The translations under genes were made by a program, and so were the position numbers. Shown in pieces: positions 51,001 through 60,206 of a DNA stretch of 64,000 nucleotides (position 1 is the first letter of the stretch; each line of letters opens with the position of its first letter). The stretch is from a virus. The notes beneath the pieces are model-generated. The model searched no databases and had not been told where the DNA came from. It worked only from the letters and a program-made list of their open reading frames with translations. The stretch lies in the IMG/VR virus record IMGVR_UViG_3300045988_079560; one strand, given 5' to 3'.

Positions 51001-52693
51001 CAAAGGAATATTTGGCATAGGTGGTTCATCCGATTCAACCGTATTCAGCACACTTGGAAGCAATCTTGTCACTGCTTTCAATGGAGGCATCGGAAAGAAA
51101 TTCTCAGACTGCCAAGCAAAAGTTACGGAGTGGGCCGGAAAGGTCAATGACTGGTTCTCGGGTACGAGTTTTGGAAAGATTTGCAAAGAGACTTGGGAAA
51201 CTCACGGTCAGAACATCATAACCGGCTTTAAGGACAAGATAGGCAATGCTTATACCACCACGAAAGACAGCATCACGACTTGGGCTGCTAAGGCCAAAGA
51301 GTGGTTCAACAATTCATCATTTGGTGGGGTCAACATGGAAACATGGACCGGATATGCAAATGACATTATCTCCGGTTTCAAGACGAAAGTGGGAAATGCC
51401 TATACACAGACCAAGGACAATATTACCACATGGGCCTCAAAGGCAAAGGAGTGGTTTAATAGTTCTTCATTCGGCGGAGTGAACAACGGTACATGGACCA
51501 CCTACGCAAATGATATTATCACTGGTTTCAAAACAAAGGTGGGTAACGCATACACCACTACAAAAGATAACATCACAACCTGGGCGAGCAAAGTTAAGGA
51601 ATGGTATACGAGCAGCGGCTTTGGAAACATCAATAGCAATACTTGGCAGACCTACGCAAACAATATCATTTCCGGCTTCCGGGAAAAGGTTGGAAACACC
51701 TATACCACCACAAAGAACAACATTACTACTTGGGCGAGTTGCCTGAAAGATTGGTTTTCTGGATCTTCATTCGGAAATATCAACAATGCCACATGGACCA
51801 CTTATGCAGGAAATATCATAACTGGTTTCAGGAACAAAATAGGACTGTCGTACACAGATACGAAAAGCAATATCACAACATGGGCTTCAAACCTCAAAAC
51901 GTGGTTCTCTGATAGTGGTTTTGGAGGCATCAATAGTTCTAAGTGGAGTACCTATGCAGAGAATATTATTTCCGGCTTCAAAACGAAAATCGGAAACAGT
52001 TATACGACTTGTAAGAGCAACATTACAACATGGGCTTCTAATGTAAAAACGTGGTTCACAAATACCTGTTCTTATGACAAGTGGTATGACATTGCAAAAA
52101 ATGTGGTAGATGGTTTTAAGAACGGTATAGGAAATCTGTACTCTACCTGTAAGAACAACATTGAATCGTGGGGCAGCAGTATTATCTCATGGTTCAAAGA
52201 CAAGCTGGATATTAACTCTCCGTCCAGAGTATTCAAACGATTAGGTGCATATTCCGTAGAGGGATATAACATCGGCGTAGAGAAAGAGGGAGAGAAAACA
52301 AAAGGAATTGTCACTTCCTGGGTAGATTCATTCGCTGATATGGACGTGAACCTCGGAACACGTCTGAAAATCAATGACAGTGCATTGAAAGAATACAGCA
52401 ACAATTATGGAAGTGATTTCACGAATGAAGCAATCGTGCAGCGTGTGACAAGGGAGGTATCTACAAACGGAACCGTGCAGGCAACGCTTAATTCCGGCGG
52501 CGGTCTGAAAGAAGCTATCAAAGAGGCTCTGGACGATCTTGGAATAACAACCGCTGTGAGTGAGATTTCCAAGAACACCAAGACACAGGCTGATAAGAAA
52601 GAACAGACGATTGTTGAAATCGGTGGAAAGACAGTTACGGATGCAGTAACCACACAGCGCAATGCCAACGGTTACAGCTTCCAAGGAGCGTAA
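48008..52693 (+). CDS. tail tape measure protein
   Basis: 1561 aa; helical N-terminal region, internal repeats; canonical position. Confidence 0.9.
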   Translation: MPDNRVDSILLEIEATTDKADGGIDKVTKALASMKKITEGLDTEKLKQILDVMRGFSGVGDDLKNAGSGMRSIASSIKSLSGVDTAKLKEVAATVKEVSTALGNLGSNNRVSIRIDSEGAQRRVQPLENGQQATAATESVATASEEAQAAMNGAASAASQLAQEESNLGTAGQSAAAGQTNLNESLNQANTNPANRRIQELIDQINKYKATVSGMESGKIRFDTGQYEEAVNGLRQAQEQFKQFKETVSQSPKNMEDVAKSIKSIGDAAQKCGLGTFSSILSGIASILPAIETGGMAANAGFQSMAVGLEAVQAAIPIIGIILTILTAIINAVRQVANAVKNETQKIISAVKTVVNKIRSGIAAIINKFKELKKRVRESLGFSEKQSGAFAKKLGSIIRLGTFMLLRSMFTHLFELVKTGFDNLVIYSKRAGTEFHKNVNLLYNDLRQLGASLTTAFEPILNVVTPILDYLIQKLVAATNALAQFFSALTGKKFYTKAIKQNKDYTDSLNGAAKAAKNLTTGIDELNILSDDKSGSGSNSGADGSGYETDEIADKYKNLAQMIKDAWDEADFYDVGRMFGEKLKEALDNIQWDGIKASLRKIAKCIATFLNGFLETPGLFTSIGVTIAQAINSAFEFVDSFVENFHWSSLGTAIADLIIGALDTLDWTLINKTAKGLAQGIVDAINAALQTEDLWKKIGTAISNAINSAILFAKTFVTGLDWASLGTAIGNLLGNAIAGIDYVGIGETFADFVNGVFTAVLNFSKTFPWKDIATNFANGVNTALKKLDWNTIKDGFDTFCEGLGTNINTAITEIDWNLVGTTLGNSIKTLFSGLGKFLAKIDFKKIGSDFASAINKAVKTIDWKEAGGTINSLISGVCTLINTLIDEVDWYELLKGVGTAMSEIDWDTILKTVFKVFAAKWTFKNLFKWVSWTAIWNQLKTSIVEGISKKFGIGSDDGEINTVGEKIVSGLLGGISKSLLPAPLQTALSCFGNVTDVVKGIFGIGGSSDSTVFSTLGSNLVTAFNGGIGKKFSDCQAKVTEWAGKVNDWFSGTSFGKICKETWETHGQNIITGFKDKIGNAYTTTKDSITTWAAKAKEWFNNSSFGGVNMETWTGYANDIISGFKTKVGNAYTQTKDNITTWASKAKEWFNSSSFGGVNNGTWTTYANDIITGFKTKVGNAYTTTKDNITTWASKVKEWYTSSGFGNINSNTWQTYANNIISGFREKVGNTYTTTKNNITTWASCLKDWFSGSSFGNINNATWTTYAGNIITGFRNKIGLSYTDTKSNITTWASNLKTWFSDSGFGGINSSKWSTYAENIISGFKTKIGNSYTTCKSNITTWASNVKTWFTNTCSYDKWYDIAKNVVDGFKNGIGNLYSTCKNNIESWGSSIISWFKDKLDINSPSRVFKRLGAYSVEGYNIGVEKEGEKTKGIVTSWVDSFADMDVNLGTRLKINDSALKEYSNNYGSDFTNEAIVQRVTREVSTNGTVQATLNSGGGLKEAIKEALDDLGITTAVSEISKNTKTQADKKEQTIVEIGGKTVTDAVTTQRNANGYSFQGA
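51170..52208 (+). repeat. about seven tandem ~50-aa (150-nt) repeats inside the tape measure gene
   Basis: Recurring FGG.N..TW..YAN.II.GFK.K.GN.YT.TK.NITTWAS..K.WF units. Confidence 0.8.
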
Positions 52694-52707
52694 AGGAGGG
52701 ATATGGA

Positions 52708-53079
52708 ATGGCTTATATATCAGTAAATGGTTATGACTTTCCCCCTCCTAAACGTGGGGCAAAGCCAACTGTATCTACAATGGTGGATGCCGGAAGAAAT
52801 GCCAACGGCACGGTCGTAGGGCAGAGAGTTGGGCGAGATCAGTACAAACTCGACACTCTGGAATGGCCGTGGCTGACAGCAGCAGAATGGAGCCGGATGC
52901 TTACGGTGCTGAGTGCATTTTTCGTATATGTCACTTTCCCAGATCCGGTAACAATGAAGAAAATCACAATTAAGATGTACCCCGGAGATAGAACGGCGGA
53001 ACCGTACTGGATAGATTCAGACGGAAATCCAATTACCTATCAGAGTTGCAAAGTAAACCTTATTGATTGCGGAGAGTGA
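52708..53079 (+). CDS. distal-tail-position protein
   Basis: 123 aa; first gene after the tape measure gene. Confidence 0.4.
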   Translation: MAYISVNGYDFPPPKRGAKPTVSTMVDAGRNANGTVVGQRVGRDQYKLDTLEWPWLTAAEWSRMLTVLSAFFVYVTFPDPVTMKKITIKMYPGDRTAEPYWIDSDGNPITYQSCKVNLIDCGE

Positions 53080-53083
53080 TGGT

Positions 53084-55309
53084 ATGCAGAAAGTATCAAA
53101 TGAATACAAGGCAAGCATGAAAAGCTCTCTGAGAGAGCGGTCATACATGATGATTTCATTCGGTCTGGTAAATCAAGAAGCACAGGCCAATGCAACCGTC
53201 ATGGGTAACAACTTTGCCTACTATTCAAAGCAGACCGGTTTATTCGGTCAGCGAAAAGAGACAACAGTATATGCCACATTGGAGCAGGATTTCACAAAGG
53301 TAGACGGCTCTATGTATTTTCTTCCAAGAGAGAATACTTCCGGGAATTACTACGACACCGGTTTGGTAAGCAAACCTCTGATTCCGGCAAGCGGATATGA
53401 GTTGCTTATCGAACTGAATGTTGTGGCAACAGACATTAAAGGACTGACTATCAATTTTGGAGAGGTTTACCCTACACGTTTTGATATTTTGACAAGTAGT
53501 GGTCAGCGAATAGAGATTACCGACAATGATCAGTCAGAGTTCAGTACAGAACAGGTGTTAGAGAATACCACATATATAAAATTCATCTTCTACAAGATGA
53601 AAAATCCATATTCCCGACTGAGGATTTATTCAATTCAGTTAGGCTACGGTCTTGTTTATTACAATGACGATATTATGGATTCTAAATTAGATAGCTACAT
53701 ATCCCCAATTTGCGAGGATGTTCCACAGATAGATTTCATGGTTAAGTTACAGAATTACGATCAGTATTTCAATGTAGACAACCCAAACTCAGCAATCAAC
53801 TTCTTGGAGACAGGGCAGGAGATGTATGTCTGGTACGGTTATCAGTTGCCGAACTCAGACACTATCGAATGGATAAGAGGGGCAAAGTTACAGTGTAGTG
53901 CATGGGAAAGCGATGATTACTCGGCAACGATAAGGTGTCAGGATCTTTTCAGAAACATGGACGAGGAATATTACAAAGGATGCTATGCTCCGGCAGGAAT
54001 CACATATTACCATGCAGCAGAATTGGTCTTTCAGGATGCCGGAATTGAGGAATACTACATTGATCCGTACCTCAAAAAGTCAACCACAAAAAACCCCATA
54101 CCGAGGGTTAAGCACAAAGAGGCTTTGCAGATTATCGCTAATGCCTGCAGATGTGTTCTTTCACAGAACCGGTACGGCAGACCACAAATTAAATCCTCAT
54201 TCGCACCGGAGTACGACATAACGTGCAACGGAGAGACAGAGTATTCCCATGTTCGGAATATAAAGAGTGAGACTGCAAAACAGGAGTACGCTTCATTTGC
54301 ACACAACTACACTACTGTAAATGCAGAAATGTATTATCTCCCGGAGAATCAGAGTAAGGCAGATAAGTATACCGGATATATTTCATTGCAGCAGTCCAAT
54401 AAGGATTGCCTATTTGAAGAAAATCCGATTATCTACATAACTCAGGAAACCGCCTGTATGTACTATGGTTTGCAGTTAATGTTTGGTTCTACATTGCCGG
54501 ACGGAATTATATTCAGAACTTTCAATGACGGCAAAAAGGTAGATGAGTATGAGGTAAATTCGGACATTACAAAGAGGCTGATAGTGCAGCACGATTTTGA
54601 TGATTTTGATTTGATGGAGATTGAGTTCACAAAGACAAAAGAACCATTCAACCGCATAGTCGTTGATTACTTCTCATTTGGCGATATAACGGATTTTACA
54701 ATGGAAAGGCAGGATATGACCTCTTCTCCAAAATCAATCAAACAGGAGCTTGTCAAAGCAGTCAGAGTGCCATGCTATTCCTACCAGAAAGGAACTGCGG
54801 AAGAAACTCTTATTAGTGAAGAGACGGAGGCAGTAAAGGGAGATATTCAGACGTATTATCTCGGAGATCCGACTTATGGATGCAGAGCTACGTTCAATTC
54901 CTCGGCATCAAACGTCAGCATCATAGAAAGCGGAGATTATTATGTGACAGTTAAGTTTCTGATTACTGGCAAGTACCAGTTTGAAATTATAGGACACAGA
55001 TACAACATTGTTGAGCAGTATGCCGTAAAAACGCTCAATAGCAGAGGAAAGACCATAACATGGAAAAATCCTCTGGTAAGCGATATGGAAACGGCAAACC
55101 ACTTGGCAGATTGGCTTGGGGATTATTACAACGCCGGTATTGAGTACGAATACAATACCCGTGGAAATCCAGAGATTGATGCGAACGACATTGTTTATCA
55201 GGAGAACGCATACCGCCCTGGATTAAAGGTCAATATCTATCGCCACATTGTTAATTTCTCACAGAGTTTATCTGGAAAGGTAATTGCCCGTAGGGTATCA
55301 GAAAAATAA
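53084..55309 (+). CDS. tail-associated/baseplate protein (Tal position)
   Basis: 741 aa from ATG 53084 behind ggagag. Confidence 0.5.
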   Translation: MQKVSNEYKASMKSSLRERSYMMISFGLVNQEAQANATVMGNNFAYYSKQTGLFGQRKETTVYATLEQDFTKVDGSMYFLPRENTSGNYYDTGLVSKPLIPASGYELLIELNVVATDIKGLTINFGEVYPTRFDILTSSGQRIEITDNDQSEFSTEQVLENTTYIKFIFYKMKNPYSRLRIYSIQLGYGLVYYNDDIMDSKLDSYISPICEDVPQIDFMVKLQNYDQYFNVDNPNSAINFLETGQEMYVWYGYQLPNSDTIEWIRGAKLQCSAWESDDYSATIRCQDLFRNMDEEYYKGCYAPAGITYYHAAELVFQDAGIEEYYIDPYLKKSTTKNPIPRVKHKEALQIIANACRCVLSQNRYGRPQIKSSFAPEYDITCNGETEYSHVRNIKSETAKQEYASFAHNYTTVNAEMYYLPENQSKADKYTGYISLQQSNKDCLFEENPIIYITQETACMYYGLQLMFGSTLPDGIIFRTFNDGKKVDEYEVNSDITKRLIVQHDFDDFDLMEIEFTKTKEPFNRIVVDYFSFGDITDFTMERQDMTSSPKSIKQELVKAVRVPCYSYQKGTAEETLISEETEAVKGDIQTYYLGDPTYGCRATFNSSASNVSIIESGDYYVTVKFLITGKYQFEIIGHRYNIVEQYAVKTLNSRGKTITWKNPLVSDMETANHLADWLGDYYNAGIEYEYNTRGNPEIDANDIVYQENAYRPGLKVNIYRHIVNFSQSLSGKVIARRVSEK

Positions 55310-55333
55310 GAACAGAAAGGAAGAGGAAAATGA

Positions 55334-56221
55334 ATGGCTATTAAATCCGTACAGGCTATCGTAAATGGTGTGACTACCACACTCACATACGACAGCAAAT
55401 CAAAGACTTACAAGGCTACGTTTACAGCTCCGGCAAAGTCCTCATACAATCAGTCAGGACATTATTACGGAGTGCAGATCATCGCCAAGGATGAGGCAGG
55501 CAACACGACTACCGTAAACCAGTCGGATGCCACGCTCGGAAGCAAGCTGAGACTTACAGTAAAAGAGAAAACCGCACCAATTATTACAATCTCTTCTCCG
55601 ACAGCATCACAGTTACTTACGAGTAATCAGCCGACAATTTCATTCACAGTCACGGATGATGATTCTGGTGTCAACCCAGATACAATCAAACTGCTTATTG
55701 ATGGTTCTGAAATATCTGGAATCACAAAGACAAAGACAACGTCCGGTTATTCATGCAGTTATAAACCGTCCACAGCACTTTCAGACGGTTCACACACCGT
55801 TGTTGTAAAAGCATCCGACTATGACGGCAATGCAGCTACTCAAAAGAGTGTTTCATTCAAGATCGATACTGTACCGCCTGAGTTATCAGTTACAAGTCCG
55901 GTAAACAAACTCGTCACGAATAAAACCACAGTAACGGTAGCCGGAACTACCAACGATGCAACATCAAGTCCGGTTACGCTGACAATCAACGGCAGTGCAG
56001 TAACTGTATATGACGATGGTACTTTCTCAAAGGATATAACCCTGAAAGATGGCTCAAACACCATTACCGTTGTAGCAAAGGACGGAGCCGGAAGAACCAC
56101 AACAGTCACAAGAACAGTAACCCTCGATACAAAAGCACCGGTTATCTCAGATGTTTCATTGGCACCGAACCCGGCGGATGTCGGAGCAACCTATGTGATT
56201 TCTGTTTCAGTAACAGATTAG
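55334..56221 (+). CDS. Ig-like-domain tail/baseplate protein
   Basis: 295 aa; three repeated beta-rich Ig-like segments (TV.V.A.D..GN...). Confidence 0.55.
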   Translation: MAIKSVQAIVNGVTTTLTYDSKSKTYKATFTAPAKSSYNQSGHYYGVQIIAKDEAGNTTTVNQSDATLGSKLRLTVKEKTAPIITISSPTASQLLTSNQPTISFTVTDDDSGVNPDTIKLLIDGSEISGITKTKTTSGYSCSYKPSTALSDGSHTVVVKASDYDGNAATQKSVSFKIDTVPPELSVTSPVNKLVTNKTTVTVAGTTNDATSSPVTLTINGSAVTVYDDGTFSKDITLKDGSNTITVVAKDGAGRTTTVTRTVTLDTKAPVISDVSLAPNPADVGATYVISVSVTD

Positions 56222-56231
56222 GTGGTGCGGC

Positions 56232-56438
56232 ATGGCAGCTAACATATTGGTAAGGGACGTTACGATAAGTCCAAACCCCGTGCAGGCAAAGGGGAAATAC
56301 ACAATCTCAGTTTCCATTGAGGAACTGAAAGACGTTGCATTTGTCGGCAATTATGTTGGCTCCTATGTCAATATATCAGACAAGGAAATTCCTGATAAAT
56401 TGCCACTGGCATACGTTGGCAATTACACCAAAGGATAG
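56232..56438 (+). CDS. hypothetical tail-region protein
   Basis: 68-aa ORF. Confidence 0.35.
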   Translation: MAANILVRDVTISPNPVQAKGKYTISVSIEELKDVAFVGNYVGSYVNISDKEIPDKLPLAYVGNYTKG

Positions 56439-56451
56439 GAGGCGATGAATA

Positions 56452-57069
56452 ATGGCTGATATAGCAAATGTCACAGGAACACTTGACGATAAAGAACTGA
56501 ATTTTCAGCACTCTATCGGAACCGTATATAAAGCCTCCGCAAGCATAGATGGTTCGGAAAAGGATCATGTAGCCGTATTGACGGCAACGGATTCTGCCGG
56601 GAATAGTACAACGGAAACAATGGTTGTTTCTATCTCGGGTTCCTGGACCACTCCAAAAACAGATTGGTATGGTTACACAGACGATGATGGGATTTATCAC
56701 GGAGACCGGTTCAACACGGAGGATTTCAACCGGATAAAGAACAACCTCGCATATCTCAGAGAGATAGCCGTGGCAATGTACCAGGAGTTTTCCATAAATG
56801 ATCTGGGAGACGATAGGAGCAAAGACCAGTATTTTTATGCGGACGAGATAAATCAGTTGGAAGAAAACATTAAGCTCATAGCTGAAAACACATTTAAGCC
56901 GGACATAGGGGAGAACCCCTTATACACAGCGAATGGAAAGATTTTTGATTTCAACGAACTCAACCGCATTGAAAACCTGATTCTGGATTTATTCAATCAG
57001 TTATTAAACCAATACAGAGGTCGGCAGATGCTTACCTTTAACTTTGGCATAAGGAGGGAGGCGTTCTAA
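56452..57069 (+). CDS. tail fibre-region protein
   Basis: 205-aa ORF; FNRIKNNL/LNRIENL motifs. Confidence 0.45.
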   Translation: MADIANVTGTLDDKELNFQHSIGTVYKASASIDGSEKDHVAVLTATDSAGNSTTETMVVSISGSWTTPKTDWYGYTDDDGIYHGDRFNTEDFNRIKNNLAYLREIAVAMYQEFSINDLGDDRSKDQYFYADEINQLEENIKLIAENTFKPDIGENPLYTANGKIFDFNELNRIENLILDLFNQLLNQYRGRQMLTFNFGIRREAF

Positions 57070-57858
57070 GTGGCGTGGGAACGATTAAAGACAGACTACA
57101 AGGATGCCGTATGGTCCGGTCTGCGGAAGTTCATACCTATTGATAATGGGGACGGCAGTTATTCCGTAAAAGATGTGACCCAGTATACGGTGTATGATGA
57201 ATCGTTTTTCGGTGCGTATGATGCCAACCGCATCAATACAGCCGTCAACGCAATCATGGCAGCATTGGAAAACGGAACAGATTTGTATGAGGTATTCACA
57301 GAGTTTTTTGAGAATCAAAAAGTTGAGTTTGACAAGAGAGCAAATCTGGATCTCGACTCATTCAATATCTTTCTCGACAATTTGCAGGCAACAGCAAATG
57401 CGGATGTTGTTCAGCTAAAGAAAGACTACACATCTGAAATGACAACGTTTGAGAACAATCAGGAAATATTGTTTAATCAATGGTTTTCAATGATTAAAGA
57501 TCAGTTGTCAGCGGATGCAGCCGGAAAATTGCAGAATGAAATCAACGATGTGGAAACCCACATCAGAAACCTTGCAGTGAAGATACATTTCAACGATACC
57601 GTTGGAACTGCTGCTGCAATAACTGTACAAAATGTAACATCCGGTAACAAATATACTGTTACAGATTATACTCAGCCTTTGTATCTCACAGAGGCAGGAG
57701 AGTACACAATAAGCATTGCGAATGACAACTATATAGTTGCCCCGAAAACATTTTCTATCAGCAATGCGGATCTTATGACACATAAGACTTTCAGAATCAT
57801 GGACGGCAACGGATTGGCGTTTGTCGATGGTTTTGTAGGAGCCTATGTAAATAAATAA
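57070..57858 (+). CDS. tail fibre-region protein
   Basis: 262 aa; GTG start abutting the previous stop. Confidence 0.45.
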   Translation: MAWERLKTDYKDAVWSGLRKFIPIDNGDGSYSVKDVTQYTVYDESFFGAYDANRINTAVNAIMAALENGTDLYEVFTEFFENQKVEFDKRANLDLDSFNIFLDNLQATANADVVQLKKDYTSEMTTFENNQEILFNQWFSMIKDQLSADAAGKLQNEINDVETHIRNLAVKIHFNDTVGTAAAITVQNVTSGNKYTVTDYTQPLYLTEAGEYTISIANDNYIVAPKTFSISNADLMTHKTFRIMDGNGLAFVDGFVGAYVNK

Positions 57859-57872
57859 CGGAGGTAGACAAA

Positions 57873-58316
57873 ATGAGAGATTTCCCTAAGAGACTTGCAA
57901 CCGCCGAGGACATTAGAAATTGTAAATCCTTGGTGGATGATGGCGCATTTGCAGCAAAAGATCTGTTGGAAGCCATCGAAGATCTTGAAAGTATGAATTA
58001 TCTTCATTGCCCGGTTCTTGCGGTAGGAGAGGATAAGAAAACTGTTACCATTCACTATTGTGCTGAGGCAAAAGCAAATACAAAGGCGATTGTCGGAAAT
58101 AAGACGGTAACAATCACAAACGTAACACACGAAGAGGGCGAACCGGATGAGATTACAGGAGAGAAGCAGTTGGAAACGACCGTTATCTCCACATCCGCTA
58201 TGGTATCTGTGGATGCAACAGAAATCGCAGTTACCGCACCATACACCATTTACGACAGTCTCGGCATGACAGCCGAAGAACTGAATCAGATCAAGGAGGA
58301 ATTGGCTAATGAGTAA
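57873..58316 (+). CDS. hypothetical tail fibre-region protein
   Basis: 147-aa ORF. Confidence 0.45.
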   Translation: MRDFPKRLATAEDIRNCKSLVDDGAFAAKDLLEAIEDLESMNYLHCPVLAVGEDKKTVTIHYCAEAKANTKAIVGNKTVTITNVTHEEGEPDEITGEKQLETTVISTSAMVSVDATEIAVTAPYTIYDSLGMTAEELNQIKEELANE

Positions 58317-59412
58317 ATTCTACGGTTATGATGAAGCAATGGAAAATGACATTGCGAAGATAACCACCCCGAAACTTGCGCTTATGTCCGATGTCGTTGC
58401 ATCTGACAAGAAGTTTATTCGCATGGAGAACGGTTCCCTTACTGTTATCGCAGGAGTTCTGATTGCGGTAGGTAATTCTGTTTTTAAGACAGAAAAAACC
58501 ACTCTTACAGCGAGCAACTTGGACGGAACAGCAACTAAGTTTGAGGTGGGAAAGGACTACTGCATTTATATCTGTGATCCTACCGGTGGAGATGCCACGA
58601 ACTTTGCCGCAGAACAGTATCGTATTTCCCTTAATACGACATATCCAAACGGTTATACGGCAGTTACATCAAGAAAAATCGGCGGCTTCCATTACGGTGT
58701 TGTCAGAAAAACAAATAGTTCTGGTATTCCGATCAGCGCATCAGGTGCTGCATTAGGAAGTGGATGGGAAACAAACGTAGCGGAGGGCATTGTACCTAAT
58801 TCCGTTTGGACTCTTCTCCACAGACCTACTTGCGATCCTACCGGAATGGTATTCATAGGACCGTTCTGGGGCGATATTTACCTTTCATCCGATAACGGAG
58901 CCAGTGGTTTGCAGAGCAAAAAGGGTGTTGTGCCGATTACTGGAACAGAGGGATTGAACTGGTATATCGCCAATGAGAGAGCTATGAGAGTAGGAAAAAG
59001 ACTTCCTACCTACGCCGAGTTCTGTAAGGGTGCATACGGATCTCCACAGGGAGAGGATGGCAACAACACTTACGCATGGTCTGCGACCTCGAATACAGCA
59101 AGAACCACTTGCGGAAATGTCAAGAACGCTGTTTCTGCAACGAACGTTCGGGATCTCGTAGGAAATGTTTGGAAGTGGTTGGATGAGTTTATCCATGATC
59201 CGACAGGCTCAGCTTGGAATTGGTATGACGTTATGAGCGGTCAGAAAGTTGGCCAGCTTTACATGGCCAACAACACTGGCGTGCACGCGCTCCTTGGCGG
59301 TGGCGGTTGGAACGACGGGGTTCACGCTGGTTCGCGGACTGTGGGTTGCGGCAGTTATCCGTGGAACGTGAACACGCACGTTGGCGTGTGGTGCGTCTGT
59401 GACTCGCTGTAA
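58309..59412 (+). CDS. DGR target protein (C-terminal variable ligand-binding domain; likely receptor-binding protein)
   Basis: 367 aa; the last ~41 codons are the VR; C-terminus ...WNVNTHVGVWCVCDSL typical of C-type-lectin/FGE-fold DGR targets. Confidence 0.8.
   Translation: MSKFYGYDEAMENDIAKITTPKLALMSDVVASDKKFIRMENGSLTVIAGVLIAVGNSVFKTEKTTLTASNLDGTATKFEVGKDYCIYICDPTGGDATNFAAEQYRISLNTTYPNGYTAVTSRKIGGFHYGVVRKTNSSGIPISASGAALGSGWETNVAEGIVPNSVWTLLHRPTCDPTGMVFIGPFWGDIYLSSDNGASGLQSKKGVVPITGTEGLNWYIANERAMRVGKRLPTYAEFCKGAYGSPQGEDGNNTYAWSATSNTARTTCGNVKNAVSATNVRDLVGNVWKWLDEFIHDPTGSAWNWYDVMSGQKVGQLYMANNTGVHALLGGGGWNDGVHAGSRTVGCGSYPWNVNTHVGVWCVCDSL
59283..59404 (+). repeat. DGR variable repeat (VR)
   Basis: 122 nt; 110/122 identical to the TR; all 12 differences lie opposite TR adenines. 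Confidence 0.9.
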
Positions 59413-59418
59413 GCTGAT

Positions 59419-59443
59419 GGGGACCGGCGAAAGCCGAGTCCCT
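59419..59443 (+). promoter_or_regulatory. GC-rich hairpin with GAAA loop downstream of the VR (DGR target-recognition element)
   Basis: gggaccggc-gaaa-gccgagtccc with one bulged A; starts 15 nt after the VR end. Confidence 0.6.
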
Positions 59444-59465
59444 TGCAGTTGAAAGGTTGGGTGTA

Positions 59466-59867
59466 ATGGCATACGAAAGCAAATATGAAAATCCCTCCAC
59501 TCTGAAAATGGACTACGTTCATACAGAGGCACACCAGATGGCATACGATCTCTCGGTATATCTCCACAGAAAAGTAAGGGATATGCCACATTACGAGAAA
59601 TTCACTCTGCAAAAGGATATACGAGAAAGCATAGACGGAATCATGGATGAGATAGAAGCATACGAGAAATCAAAAACAATCAGCCACCTTTATGCAGCCG
59701 ACAGGCTGAAAGGAAAACTGGTTCGGAAAATCCGAATGTCGCACGATCTTAAATATTCCGCAATGAATGACAGAGTATACGAATATTGTGCAACACAGAT
59801 CGGTATTCTCGGTGCGTATATCGGAGGGTTAATAAACAAGGCACAAAAGGAAAAGAAATCAAAATAA
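59466..59867 (+). CDS. avd: DGR accessory variability determinant (Avd, four-helix-bundle type)
   Basis: About 133 aa, basic and helical; located between VR and TR. Confidence 0.7.
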   Translation: MAYESKYENPSTLKMDYVHTEAHQMAYDLSVYLHRKVRDMPHYEKFTLQKDIRESIDGIMDEIEAYEKSKTISHLYAADRLKGKLVRKIRMSHDLKYSAMNDRVYEYCATQIGILGAYIGGLINKAQKEKKSK

Positions 59868-59915
59868 GCAACTATCTTGGGGTAGCTGTTAATTCGCACT
59901 GTCGCTCCGTGGCTT

Positions 59916-60037
59916 GCACGCGCTCATTGGCGGTGGCAATTGGAACAACGGGGTTCACGATGGTTCGCGGACTGTGAATTGCAACAATTATCCGTGGAAC
60001 GTGAACACGAACATTGGCGTGTGGTGCGTCTGTGACT
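59916..60037 (+). repeat. DGR template repeat (TR)
   Basis: Non-coding copy of the VR. ORF 59914-60210 over it is just its translation. A 169-nt spacer separates it from the RT start. Confidence 0.9.
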
Positions 60038-60206
60038 ATTTAGAAAACTGTCAGATTGGTGGAGCTACGGCTTGCCAACAAGGATTATTTGATAATCATT
60101 TATTGAATAGTCAGACGGCTATCCCGACCCGTGCAAACCGGGCGAACTTAAAACAGCGAAGCCAAATAGTAGCGAAAGCGAAGGAAGTGTGGCGTAAGCA
60201 TTATTT

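Noticed and set aside
48345-52684. Long antisense or alternative-frame ORFs inside the tape measure gene (e.g. 50230-51186 minus, 318 aa) and alternative-frame ORFs in terL (25907-26737, 25618-26220 minus).
   Set aside because: They are nested within long, motif-supported genes; shadow ORFs are expected in such sequence.
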